Under the pieces are notes generated by a model that searched no databases, had not been told where the DNA came from, and saw only the letters and a list, made by a program, of their open reading frames with translations. Shown here piece by piece: positions 50,001-64,000 of a stretch of 64,000 nt of DNA. Source of the stretch: Owenia fusiformis (lineage: Eukaryota); assembly GCA_903813345.2 (NCBI GenBank), contig CAIIXF020000001.1:30318001-30382000 (forward strand). Direction: 5' to 3'. How positions within the stretch are numbered: position 1 is the first letter of the stretch; the number at the start of each line of letters is the position of its first letter. The translations under genes and the position numbers were made by a program.

Positions 50001-53000
50001 TGGTTTGGTTGGGATAGATCACTATATGGATTTTCAATAACTGACCCCAATTAATATGTTATCAGAACAGTTATCATTTGTAATCTCATTATGCCCTGGT
50101 TTGATGGTATACTATATGTAATTGGTTTTTTATTGCATTATGGCATTCTTGTCACCTACTTCAATTTGTTATAACATTGTTGGTGTGTTTTATGGTCTAT
50201 TTTAGTGTTTGATTCATAGTTCATAATTTTCCTTGTCTACTTTCTATACATGTAAAATGTATGATACTTTACTGAGTAATTTAAATGCCTTATTTTGTAT
50301 TATTTTAGTTTGAATGCAACCTTGGTAGTTGGTATGACCTACAATTTTTGATTTCTCAAGCTCAGTATGCCTAATTATTATCACAGTTAATAATCAAACC
50401 ATTAAGTTTGCTAAACTGCTGTAACCCATCTTTAAAAAGTGCATTTTTACCATACAAATAAAACTTAACTAAGTACATGTAACATAATCATACATGACAT
50501 ACAGTAAACCCTAAAACCTGAACTGTTGCACTAACCATTGTCAAATTGTTCATTTTTGCATTTTTGGATAAATTCCTTTTTAAACATTGATTACAATACA
50601 AACCAGTCTTTTCAATGTGCCCTTTTTCATGATCCAGTCTGGTGAATATATTGAAAATAAGGGTATCTTGAATGGTTGGAGTTTACAATGATTTATTCTT
50701 AATGTGCATTATGTACATGGATAAGTAAATTAAGTCTTCAAGTATCATTCATAAATATACATGTACTCAAGAAGGTTTTCATGTGTTTCAGAATATATTG
50801 GTCTGTAACATGCAAAGTGAATGCAAACACATATTCTATGTTGGCAGATAAAAGATGATTCTAATGAAGGGATTAATAGATTAATAGATTATTGAACATT
50901 CTGATTCAGAGTCTCTCTTTTTCTGAGAGAATGAGATCTTTCTGAGATGGTTCAGGTTGAGGCTGAACCCATAATGGGTATTCAATGTTTTCCATGTTTT
51001 GTAAATGCATGTTGCAAGCACAAGTAGCAGTTAAGATTTACACAATATATTTTTACCATGGCAACTTGTTATGAGACTAAGCAGTTTCTATTTCCAACTT
51101 CTAATAAATTATGGGTTATCGTGGCAATGAAGTGTATCAGCAAATTAGCTTTTACATTTTTAAATATTTTATGTAATCAACTTTTGACATACTGTTTGAC
51201 ATTGTTATATATGAAGACTTTTAATAACTTAAATAATGCCTTCTTTTCATCCTTGGACCAAGGGTATAGCTCTTCCACTGTCATCTTTCAAGAAAGAAAA
51301 GGTATTTGCATATAATTGGCTTACCTGTATGTAGCTATGAATTTGTGTAGCTTTTCATTATATGCAAGGTAGCAGTTAAATGTAAAAAGTAAAAGGCAAA
51401 GGGCTGTGTCTTTATTTGTTTCATTGTTTAGGTAGGGAGATGAGGTGGTTGGGAGGATGTACCATATTATTTTTAATCTATTTTTTATTTATTTTTTTAC
51501 TACCTTTCATGGTTTACTGTTTTCACAGTCATTGCAGATTCTGTAGATTCTTTTCTTCATTCTAGTAAAAAGTCAACATTTCAAAACAATGATGATCCAC
51601 TGGTTGTGTAATTAACACATTCTTATACAGTAATTAGAATGTTGTGTTACATTAATTAGACATAATAGCAAAGGTGTCTGTATTTAGAGCACTTTAGGCC
51701 AATGCAGACAAATATTCAATTATGAACAGGTTGATTGCCAACCCATTCATTAGATGGGTGGAGAAATATAAGTAGAAAGTATGCAATTAACTTTGAAAAG
51801 ATTATACAGAATATTTTGATTTTTTAGATATTTGTTGTTTGAAGAATAACACGAACAGGTGAATAGGTTTGCCTTATATTTTCCTTTACAACAAAATGGC
51901 TTGTTCTCACGAAATTTCCCTTGTCTGATCCTCACTTTGGGATGAGAGAATATATATAACATTTTCATTTGTTCAAGCTTCATCTTCACTCTTGTTTATA
52001 GTATATAGCACTGGGATATGGCACCAGTGAATTCTCCATGATCTGTTTACTACATGTATATACATGTAGTATTGATGTCATTTGAGGACTTGACTGAAAC
52101 CTGCAACATCAATTTATCTCTATCATACCAATACACATTTATCAACACAATTGCATTTCAAAGCATGTTTTCATTTTTTAAGCTGGATCCTTTACATAAA
52201 GTGTCCATGTTTCAATATTGACCATTGACCAACTCCTCACCTGGGTTTACACATAGGGGTGTGCTGACAGATATATTCAGGACAGCTCAGGCTTTGCACA
52301 AACACTTAGAAGTAGATCCACTAGTAAAGGGCAGCTACCTGAAAATTTAGCAGCCTTTCAATAATTTGTATACAAAAAACTTCATTTGAATGGTCTCATG
52401 GCATTCATAATTCTGATGATTTATCAATAATGACTGTTATATATACACTCTGCATTACTTTGTATTGTATAGGGTATACAATTTGAAAGCTATACACGAT
52501 GGAATGCTTATTTGTGGGAAAATAAACTTTGTGTACTTGAAGCTTTTAAAAAGCAACTTATGATTTTAGGATGGCAATTCATTATACAGGGTGATACAAA
52601 GATGCAACTCCCTAATTTTGGAATAACACCAGGTTTGAAATTTGCTATGAGTTTTACCATTTTATAAGAGAATCGTATTGTCCATCATTTCAGAACTTCT
52701 GTATGAAATCTGAGTGGTCTACAAGGGCTGTTAGAACAGACAGGTTACCCATTTGGTTTACCTTAGAATTCAAAAAGATTTTGCATGCATGATCAAAATT
52801 ATTGGTTGCAGCCCGAGCATACATGTATAGCTGAACATTGCCATTGATTCAATCTTTTATTTATTGAAGGATTGGCGTGTTCAGATGATGAATGAACTAT
52901 TTGGGTAAGGAGTGACACTCACATCAAGGCATTTAGTAATTGTATACTGTTGCTATGTTGTAAACACATAAAAATTCATATTTTGTTCGTTTGTCACCTT

Positions 53001-53612
53001 ATGAATTTCATTCTCAATTATAAAACCATTTTAGCATTTTAGTCAAATAGCCATAGGTTCTTTTCATTTGTTATCTTATAGATCATATCAATCCAACAAA
53101 ACTTAAATGGTAAAAGCTACCAAAACATAGCCTAAGGGGTATCGTTTTGCAGTAAACAATTTGTAACTTTTAAAATGAGATTGATTTGCTGAATTATAAA
53201 CGCCTGTCTGGAGGATTTCCCATTTTGAACACTTAGATAATGTAAAGATCAGATAACATAAGGAAATCTGCAACATTTCAAGTTATGTTATCATTTGTTT
53301 TAATTCAGTTAACATAGTCAGTGTTTTTACAAAATGTATTTTTGATTTACTATTGCCTGAACGTGTTCACCTTGTTGTAACCTGATCTTGTGGCACTTGG
53401 TTGATTGGTGTTGTCTACATGGTGACATTCTGGCATCCTGATGAGTATGTGTATGCATGAGACTTATTCATAAATCATTGACATATTATTTTATAATGCT
53501 GATGGTGATCATTTATGTGTGATATATGGATGCATTCAGGGCATCATACTTTTGAAGACATTTAGTCTTAGACGTAAGTGAAGCATTGTAACCCAGAGAG
53601 GCTAGTAGTAAT

Positions 53613-55969
53613 AACTAGACTTTTGAAGATTGCAAGCAATCTCACGGAGGCCCTCTTAGGCATTTTTGACAATTTGAAGGTCAACTAAAGGACAAATATC
53701 AAATCTGAGGTCAGATGTGAACTCCTGAAAATTTGTAGATGATTTTCAAAAAAAGATTTTGTCAATTTGAAGCGAGTTTAAATTTGACATTGAAAGATTT
53801 CGAAATTGACTTTTTTCAACTTTTGAACTCTTATATCTCAAACTGGGACAAAATTCAATTAGATAGTCAATTGCTAATATGTGTACAACCCTTAGAGGAA
53901 TGTGTTTATTTCGACTCAGGATTAAAAATATTGGTTTGTAGTCGAACTTTGCGAAACTTAGATAGCACAGTTTGTGACCTAATTTCATAATCTTGACCTT
54001 TGACTTTGAAAAGTTTTACTTTTTCAGACCTCAGTAGGACTTTTGTAATTAAGCTGACCTAAATTTGAATCCAAAGACTCAATTTAAAAAATCAACTTTT
54101 CTTACCTTTCGAAGGTCATTGAAGGTCAATTAAAGTTCAAAGGTCAAATCTGAGGTCAGATTTGGACTCCTGGGAACTTGTAGATGAGTTATAAAAAAAA
54201 TTTGGTCAGATTGAAGCAAGTTGAAAAATGACCTTTTTTGACCGTTTTTTTTACGTCAAATATCTCAAAAACGGTAAAAATTTAATGCTGACATATAGTG
54301 AAGAATTTATAGAGAATACCAAAATGTAGTTTCAGTTTAATTCATCGCAAGAAATAACGAAGTATAAGGACAAAGTTGAGAAACTTGAAAAAAATTTAGA
54401 TTTGACCTAGATCTTGACCTTTGACCTAATTTGATAACCGTGACCCTTGACCTTGAAAATTTTACTATTCTAGAGCTCAGTAGTTTTTTTTTGATTAGGC
54501 CAACCCTAAATTTGAGTCCAAAAACTCAATTTGAAAAATCAACTTTTCTGACATTTCAAAGGTCACTGAAGGTCAACTAAAGGTCAAATGTCAAATCTGA
54601 GGTTAAATATGAACTCCTGAGAAGTTGAAGATGATTTTTTTAAAAAAAGTTGGGTGAATTTGAAGGAAGTTAAAATTTGACCTTATAAACTTTGAAAAAA
54701 TGACCTTTTTCAGTTTTTGAGCTCTTATATCTCAAAAGTGGGACAAAATTTTAATAAATAGTCAATGACTAATATGTGTAGAACCCTTAGAGAAAAGTAT
54801 ATCTTGACTTTCAATTAAAAATATTGATTTGAAGTCTTGAAGTATGAGAAACTTAGATAGCACAGTTTGTGACCTAATTTGATGACCTTGACCTTTGACC
54901 TTGAAATTTTTACTTTTTGAGACCTCAGTAGGCTTTTTGTAATTAGACTGACCTAAATTTGAATCCAAAGACTCAATTTGAAAAATCAACTTTTCTGACC
55001 TTTCGAAGGTCACTGAAGGTCAACTAAAGGTCATAGGTCAAAACTAAGGTCAGATTTGAGTTCCTGAGATCTTGTAGATGCTTTTTAAAAAAAAGTTTGG
55101 TCAATTTAGAGCAAGTTGAAATTTGACCCTCAAAAATTTCGAAATTTGACCATTTTTCAGTTTTTGAGTTCTTATATCTCAAAACTGGAGCAAAATTTTA
55201 ATAAATAGTCAATTGCTAATATGTGTAGAGCCTTTAGAGGAATATATATTCTGACTTTCAGTAAAAAAAATTGATTTGTAGTCTCCAATTTTGAGAAACT
55301 TAGAAAACACAGTTTGTGATTTCGTTTGATGACTTTGACCTTTGACCTTGCAAATTTTACTTTTTTAGACCTCAAAAGGTCTTTTGTGAATAGATATACC
55401 TAAATTTGAATCCAGAAAATCGATTTGAAAAATCAACTTTTTTTACCTTTCAGAGGTCACTGAAGGTCAACCGAAGGTCAAAGGTCAAATCTGAGGTCAG
55501 ATTTGGACTCCTGGGAACTTGTAGATGATTTTTAAAAAAAAAATTGGTCAGATTGAAGCAAGTTGAAAAATGACCTTTTTTGACCGTTTTTTGACGTCAA
55601 ATATCTCAAAAACGGTAAAAATTTAATGCTGACATATAGTGAACAATTTGTAGAGAATACTTAAATGTAGTTTCAGTTTAATTCATCGCAAGAAATAATG
55701 AAGTATAATGACAAACTTGAGAAACTTGAAAAAAAACTTAGATTTGACCTAGATTTTGACCTTTGACCTTGACCTAGATAAAAAATATTTTCCCCCCTAT
55801 TCCAGACAAGGTTCCTAGTAGGATCATATAGTAGGTAGTTGAAAGCTAGTTGGAAGTAGGAGAAAAATGCTTTGGAAGAATAATAAATAAAGAATAAAGA
55901 ATAAAGAATAATAAGAATAAAGAAAAGCTACAAAAGCTATAGGAGGCCCTTTCAGGAGGGCCTCCTAAT
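53613..55969. mobile_element. Helentron/HINE-like element with about 447-bp internal tandem repeats
   Basis: AACTAG start; subterminal ggaggccct at 53646; units start at 53676, 54121, 54568, 55015, 55462; AAGAATA-type tract; terminal hairpin taggaggccct-ttcagg-agggcctccta. Confidence 0.8.
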
Positions 55970-58900
55970 AATTAATACATGAGGCTTTCTTTTAAATCTG
56001 AGATCATGTTAGGATGTAATTTGCAGGCTTCATTGAAAATCAAATTGATTGAAATCTATTTTTGCTCAAATCATGAATGCCAATTTTATATAGACATTTT
56101 ATATTCATTATTATAACCGCCCAGTCATTAACTAGCTAAATGCTAGAATTCATGGCACAACAGCCTTGTTGGGTCATGGTCACTTTGACTCTGCTCTGTA
56201 GTGGCCTGTACTATCATATGCTTAAAAGGGTCCTTCATCTCATTAATTCTTGTCACTGTGTGCCTCCCTAGATGTTATGTGACTCATTCCCGATATGTAA
56301 ACAAATTGCAGCATACTATTTCAACCAAAGGAATAAAGAACAAAGACTCGTTCATTGATATTGTACTAATCCTGTAACAGTGACTCAAGTATAACACGCC
56401 AAATAATTTGCCATAGGACATAATTGTAACTGTAAAATACTCAGATTAAGATGGTTTCATCATGGATATGTCACTCTTGCTTTCATTTTTTGGCTAACAA
56501 TAGTAGCAGCAATGTGTTATCATGCATGACTATTGACATTGTTTGTTAGAGGAGGATTGTACGCCAGCTCTTCCCTAATATGAAACCTTTTTTGACATCT
56601 CATAAGACAACCTTGTAAATGGTACTGCTAGCCAGGGCACGCCTTAAGCGTCGGACAGCTGGTCATTATCTGGTTACTTTTGATACTGACCAGTTGATTT
56701 TTTCACTAGGTAAAGGAAAATAACATTGCAATTGGTCAGTAATGCCTTTTTGACCAGCAGCTCTGGAATCCTTAGGGCATACACTGCATCTGGTTTCTGG
56801 GTGGTTCCACTTGTTTCTTTGAAAGAATACAATGGTAATTCAACTATTTGAATATACATACATGTATATTGGAAGTATGAGTAATAAATACTTGGAATGA
56901 TAACATTGTAAAAAGCACCAGATCTATTTTGATTTGCTGTTATGTTGAAGTTCTCACGTCAGAGCCATTCCAAATGTAACATCCAGCGTGTAGATTATTG
57001 CGTAGATACTTCTGTATGTATTGCCACGTGGAAGAAATGTCTGACCTTGAATCTATATTTTGGGAGTGCAGTGCTAGAGCAGGTTGACTGAACAGCCTGA
57101 TATACACCATTACACCCTTCCAAAATGCTTTACATTTAGGTGTTCCTCTATTGTAATTACTTATTTTCCTGATTGTGCAGGTTAGACTATAAGTAATATT
57201 ATCAACTAATGAGAGAATGGGGGTAAGCCAAACATCAAAACTAACTTTGTATAATTTAATGAATATTGATAGTAGAACACTGTGAATATTTCAATAAAAA
57301 GAGCAAGCCATGAGAGTTGTGGTCAATAGTATGGCTGGATATATAAAACTCGCTTCTTTCTAGATCAAATTCATATTTGTGAAACATACAATTTGGCATT
57401 TGGTATTTGACATCAGGGAAATAATGAACTAACATGGAATCTGAAGTAGTATCTATTGCGTATATTACTGAGGGATATCACTTTCATTGATGTATTTTTG
57501 TTTGGATGAAGATGAGATCACATACATGCTGGAATGATGTCATCGTTCAAAATATTCAGATACAAAAGATCCTCAATCGATTAAACTACACATAAATCAT
57601 TCATTTGAAGAAGATCTGTTATGATTATCTTATTTGTTTGTCATTTGAATGAATCATATTTTAAAGAACTTTAAGATTTTGGGCAGTGGTGATGTTATAT
57701 AGAGAATACATTGTTCTCCTAGTGTCAAGGAGTCCTCGAGACTCTTTACCGAATATAGCATGATCTTGAACTTTATACTACTCATGGAGCGCGCTATGTT
57801 AGAAAATTTCAAGTAATGTTCAATCAGATTTTGTCTTGTTTGATTATGAATTTATTGTCTGTTATTGATGCTTGACAATTCGTTTGATAAAAAGCAGTGT
57901 TGTTGAAGCCAGGATATCATTCCATAATCATTAGGTCATTCGTCCATCCCCAATACTACATATTTCCAACCCAACATGTACGCAACATACTATATAGTAG
58001 ACCCATATGTGTAAGACAGTAACATTATTAATGTGATATTATAGATTTTACATCAAGGTAAAGTATTGATGAATTAATGATAACATGGGATAGATTAGAT
58101 AATTGTTGAATAAGACACCTGTATTGATAGATTATTATATCAAAACCTTTGTATACTATATCAAATCTCTATATGATTCATATAAGACCCACTTATTCTC
58201 TATCAAAACCCACGTGCTCTATCAAAATAAAAATATCAGCTCTGTGCTATCTAAATCTCCATACACTGAGCTAGAAATGAAAGATGCCAATTTCAAAATT
58301 GATTTAGGATATCAAACATTAATATGGAGGGGTGGAGATTATACTTATTGCATGAGAATAAAAAATGACCTGGGGAATCCTCAAGCTAATTAGTTGTTCC
58401 CAGGATCTTTAGCACACTAAAGTACTATGTCTACCAGCTTAATTTATGATATATAAATTCTTGTATTAATTGATTGTGACACTAATGTGAATGATGTCCT
58501 GTATTTCATTCACATGTTCCTTGTTCACTTGTTCTTTTAGAACAAATCAGTTCTTGTTTTCAATGTACCACATGCTATTCTAGGGTCATTGATCAAGTCT
58601 GGTGTCTTAGTACTTATGAGTCAGTTATGTCTCTGTGATAAACACCTCTTAGTTGTAAACATTCTATAATATTGACAGTTTTTCTGATACCTCTTAAAAA
58701 CTTTAAATCTTGATGTAAAGTAGCTGTCACATTAGCTGTGTGAGCTCACCAGTCACTGTTCGCCACCATATGCCTAAGTCTTGGACATTAATTTTTTAAT
58801 TGATTAATCAGTTTTTCTTGTATTTGGTGTGATGGTGGATATCTTGCTATAAAGCTAAACCTGTTTTGCCCATCGTGCATCTATGCCATGCCCCGCCGTG

Positions 58901-61900
58901 CGCCCAAAGTAGTCAGATGATGAGCCCATGGCTTAATTGTGACAGCTCCATAAGAAACACACCTCAGGAAACACCTTGAATAAATAATTTTCGCTAATAA
59001 AAAGTCCGAAGTAAGAGTACCTTATATCAATAGCAAACACCTTTTCTTTCATAAACATAAAAGACAATCAAAGATATATCAGATTTTACATTGTGTTCAC
59101 AGTATACAGATCTCACTGTATAATTAGACTTATAGATGAAGAATATGAAGAGAATTACCAGCAAGAATCATCCAGGATTATTTTGTGTTAGTGGGTAGTT
59201 CAGGAATGCTTTTAGTTTGCCTATTACAGTTTATATTAGGACCATACTCCTTTCCCAGACCCAACCTAACCTATATAGCTGAAAGGAGAGAGGGAAGTAT
59301 CACTATGGTTTGAGAAGAACATATTTTGAAGTATTATTAATTTTCATACAGCAAACAAGTGCTAAATATACCACATTGCTCATCACTTAACATTTCAACT
59401 ACGTACAATTTACAATACTTAGTAGAGAAGGGTGTTGAGGCTTCTACTTTTTAGAATTATTTTCTGAAATGGTTGCAACAATATGTTTTTCCTATTTTAA
59501 CTAAAAAGTGTTTTAACTGGTGAAAAACTCAATTTTACAATCTTTTAATTCCTAATTTGGGCCTGCTACATTTTTAGTGGGTTCAGTCCTCATTTGCTTT
59601 TATGTTGTAGAAATCACTGCCACAGTATAAAAACCAGGTAAACAAAACCTAACTGGTCAACTCTGTTTGTCTTTCTGATAGAACTAGTTTATTTTATTAG
59701 GTTATCAGTCATAAAATTGCAAGGGAAAAAATTGAAGTACTGTACCCTTAATTTAAAATGATCGTGAGATATGTCCTTGTTGTTAAACAGGTGGTCAAGT
59801 TATTCAGTTGAAGTGTTACATGTGAAGATCAGGTACCCTGCGTGCAGAGTCTAGTTATAAACTACCCTCTGCCTAGCATAGACTATATTACAGTTTAGCA
59901 ACCCCGCCCTCACGATCAGGTGCCTGTGACAGCCCACTGGTCATAAATCCCATACCCATTTGTGACAACGGTATCTGACTTTACCATTGTCAGGCTATTC
60001 CGGGGTGTGCTTGTGTATGTCCAAATGTTAAAATTAACTTTTGTTGAAACATACTAAAAACTTTTCTTCTTCACTTCAGGCCAACTTATTAAGTATTATT
60101 TATTGCTTTTTAGTATTATTCTGATATACATAAGTATCATGAAATACTTTTTATCTGTTCAAAAACATTTATAATGTTATATTGCACATTTGAGTAGCTT
60201 AGACTTTGTACATATATTTTAATTGATAATACTTGTAGCAGGTGAAATTTTGATAACAATTTCAAGTTCAGGTAATAGTACAATATCATAGTGCTATAAG
60301 TATTTATAGTTTTTTTTAAAAACTCCAAATTAATAAAAACATTCATAAAGACAACTGTATTCCAAGGAAGAAAAGAGAAATGTGTTATTGTATTTTCTCT
60401 GAAAAGAAAACTGAATGAAGGAGATAGCATATTTTAGTCTGCATATTGTCAAGTAGTTTAACCCTCAGCAGCCCATGATTCACCACAAGTCAATCATTAA
60501 CTCTTTCCCTCCCTGTTATGTGTGGGATGATGTGTATATAGTAAAGCTGGGGTTGGGGTAAAACAGTGACTTTGGTAGAGATGGGCTATACTTTAAAAAA
60601 TATATATATGTATACCTTCTTGAAGAAAACAGTTTCATTTTTAATCTACAAACCGTGGGTTGTTTTATCTCCCTTAATAAATATGTTGAATCCATATGTC
60701 AATATATGTATACACTATATATTCTCAGTCACTCCTTTCTTACACCTAGGGCCTACATCCCAGGGTTAAAGGTCTGCTAAAAAACACCTAAACATGCAGT
60801 TGATGCTTGCTATTCGTATTTCATTCAGTCTATAAAAAGAGCAATAACTTGAATTTTTTTTAAATGATTATGTTAAACCATTTAGTATTAGTTTAGGACT
60901 ATTTATTTGATCTGCTTCCTCAAATCTCAAATGTGCCTATCGGGGAGTTCTGGGTATCTGAGGTGATTTTTATCATTATAACCATATATTTATCTTGTAT
61001 ATTTCCTTTGTAATGTGTTATTCAGTTCACAATTGGATCAAGATATGACACCCACTTTATTTCAAGGAGTTCTATCATATATAACATTCTCCGAGACTGT
61101 TCATACACTTACATTTATATTGAATCATACAAGCTATCATTATCTTACCTATCCCAAATATGTCTACAAACTAACAAAATTCCTATAACTCACTAACAAA
61201 ATTCCTATAACTCCTATAATTGGAGTGTGGGCACAGTTATCCCTCCGACAATGACTTCCCATTTTCTAAGTTTGTTTTTGCTGAAGTTCATCATTTCAGA
61301 AAAACACATGAAACATGAGTAATAGATATTTAAACCCAATGTTCTCTTTGTTCACGATTGTGTTTCACTGAGGGATTACAAGCTGTCTCATTCTAAAATA
61401 CAGACAGTTTATCTGTATATATTAAATATCTTTTTATGGTTGGAGTCCTTTGCTGGAATATTAGGGGTCTTTGGAGTAAAAATGGGAACTGGCTAATATG
61501 GTGAAGTAGAAAAAATTAGAACTATGGATCAATTGGAAGGATATTAATGGTAATTGTATGTCTTTTTGGGGAATTATGGGTCTTTTGGAGTAGAAATCAG
61601 AACTGTGGATTATTAATAAGAATATGGTGAACTATGGGTCTTTAGGATTAATAATTGGAATTGTGGGTCATTTTACGAATAATGGAACTATGGAACTTAT
61701 TCTACTTTCGGAAACTGCCAATATTATTATGATGTGACAGGATAATTGGAACAAATGATAGATATGATAGATTTGTATCATCAGTATTAACTTTAAATTA
61801 TAATGATGGTTTTTAATATGATATTGTATAACATCTTAATCATGATAAACCATGACATCACAATATTTCTCAGCCATGAGATCATGTTTCTAGTGAAACA

Positions 61901-63045
61901 GAAAGATGAGATGAGTATCAGAATGAAACATCTAAGATATACTAATATACTTCTACATGCTTTGCTTGCATCGTTTCATTTGCTACATTTGTTTCATTGT
62001 GCCTTGCCTTGATCAGTCTCTCTCTCCCCATGTCCTTCTTTAAAGCTTGTTATAGAACCGACTATGGATCATACAATGTCTTGCTAGATTATTATAAGAA
62101 TTTGGTATCTGATTTTGTCATTCTGTTTTATCAAACCTTCTCTTGGCTGACATCTGCCTTTAAGAATAGAAGCTGTATACATGTTGATGTCATAGTGTGA
62201 TTACATAGTTCCTTCCTGATACCTATCTTTATCGTATCTTTGATTACCTAAACAGTAACTAGAACTTGGTCAGGGCAGGGCGGGGCTATCACATTGACAT
62301 TCTAGTACATGTACACTGTAGCATTGAGTTAAAGATCTCACTATTCATGAACATTTTTAAATAAATCAGATAAATATCACAAGTGTCATCATGTTTCTCA
62401 TAAACTATTTTGTAGACCTTATAATTTTAGGATGTTTAATGCATTTCATGAAGTTTTATTGCATGTCAAAATTTCAGGGTTAATTTGATTTGATATTTTA
62501 ATGCATGTGTTAGAAATTTTTTCATGTTTGAAAAACTGAAAAAAGAAAGCTTATTATCTATCAGTAATAGAAGAAACCAGAAGTTTGGAATGGTATGAAT
62601 ATTCAAAAATCTACATAAAGTTAATACTGTATTGTATGTCAAGCCCTGTAATAGGTGGGGTATTGCAATGGTTTTATAACATAAGGTCAAGGTAAAAGTA
62701 AGAGACTGGGTGCCAGACTTAGCCTATCCCTACTTTTTCTGTTTCTTTTTCATGAAGCATGGCTAATACAGGCTCCAGTAAATCAGAATGAGAATTCTCT
62801 GGGTACCAGCGCATTGATCTACAAAATGATATTCAATGCTGAGTCAATAGTGTATTTATTCGTTACATTTCATGATAAAGCACATATTGGGCATACAGAA
62901 CTATACAAAAATAGGTTAAAGACATAGAGTTAGGTGTCAGCATAACTTTTTAAAGTACATAGTGAATGAACCAGACCATTTTGCAATTATTAACCACTAC
63001 TGTATTCAATATGTTCTTCACCCCATATTTAAAAATGGGCAGCAT

Positions 63046-63604
63046 TTACTCACGTCGAGAGCTACCATGTTAGATTTTGAAAGTATAGCTCTCCATCGTG
63101 AGGATCTCCCAGCTGAAGAATTGTGACATCTAAATTTGATCAGCGCCAGTCAACGGCTTGCTGTTTGTCTCAAACTGTAGCCTACATATGGGCTCATATG
63201 TTTCTACTTTCCCCGTGCATGTAAGATCGCGGATGTGCTTCTATGGCGATCAGGAGTTCTAATCGTTTTTTGTACGATACCCATTTCCAATATGGCGGTT
63301 AAACGGAAATACTATCGACGCATGCGCAACTTGGGAAACGTCAAGCCGCCATATTGAATATACCTGGCCAAAACTTTTGACACGACCAATAAAATGAAGT
63401 CCTGATCGATACATAGGGCAGTGAGACGTTCTATAGTTGAGCTGAATGAAAGATGCGATGTAGGATACATTTTTAGGTATATAATGTGCAACATGAGTCA
63501 GCTGAATTCCCTGAAATTTTCTTTGAAGTCAGGATTCTTAAGCTGTTGATTCTAGCGATAGAGAGCTATACTTTCAAAATCTAAGTAGCTCTCGACGGGA
63601 GTAA
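63046..63604. mobile_element. MITE with TTACTC termini and 8-bp TSD GGCAGCAT
   Basis: ggcagcat-ttactcacgtcgagagctac..gtagctctcgacgggagtaa-ggcagcat. Confidence 0.87.
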
Positions 63605-64000
63605 GGCAGCATATACATTAATCCCCCAATGATCTCTGTGTGCCATAAATCTAAATTCAAAACAAAAGAAGCTAAATCCTTATTTTATCTTTTTCGGTCA
63701 AAATATCTCAATTTTTCACCCTTTGGTAGGGTGAAAACAGTTTTTCAACAAAGAAGCATGTAATTTTCAAGGGGTCCAGCAGCAGGTTTTATTGTGGGGA
63801 GGTCACCTGTTGTATGTATATAACATTTGAATGTTAATCTTGTGGTTTGTATTTTTTATAACATGTAGTAAATGCAAAGTCATAACAGCACCTCTAAATT
63901 TAATGCCATGTTAAGCTAAAATGTTTTGATTTATATTGAAACTAACTTGCTAGAACTTCAACATGAACATAAATTCTTAAACACTATCATGAATCTTTAA

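Noticed and set aside
61167..61750. Short tandem duplication and degenerate minisatellite
   Set aside because: Ordinary slippage-type repeats with no further structure

Overview
AT-rich eukaryotic (animal) genomic DNA, probably from an invertebrate; the species cannot be identified from the sequence. Four protein-coding genes can be built by hand. (1) A minus-strand BTB/C2H2 zinc-finger gene has 10 phase-compatible coding exons (8820 to 276) and runs off the window start. (2) CWC27 has an intronless CDS (16891-18300, +). (3) A second, paralogous minus-strand BTB-ZF gene (28347 to 22568, about 843 aa) has its C-terminal finger array replaced by one large exon encoding two tandem CG-1(CAMTA)-like DNA-binding domains plus a motif block that looks transposase-derived. 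(4) The 5' end of a spectraplakin (shot/plectin/dystonin/MACF1 family) has alternative first exons (43298-46432, +). Introns and intergenic DNA are packed with non-autonomous TIR elements whose TSDs can be read directly (P-like, Transib-like, TTAA-type, TA-type, 8-bp TSD types), two Helentron/HINE-like tandem-repeat elements and two decayed LINE fragments. A P-like family occurs both as one intact 1.4-kb copy and as several 20-36 bp remnants with 7-bp TSDs that look like P-type excision footprints. All coordinates and domain calls were made by eye, with no database searches.
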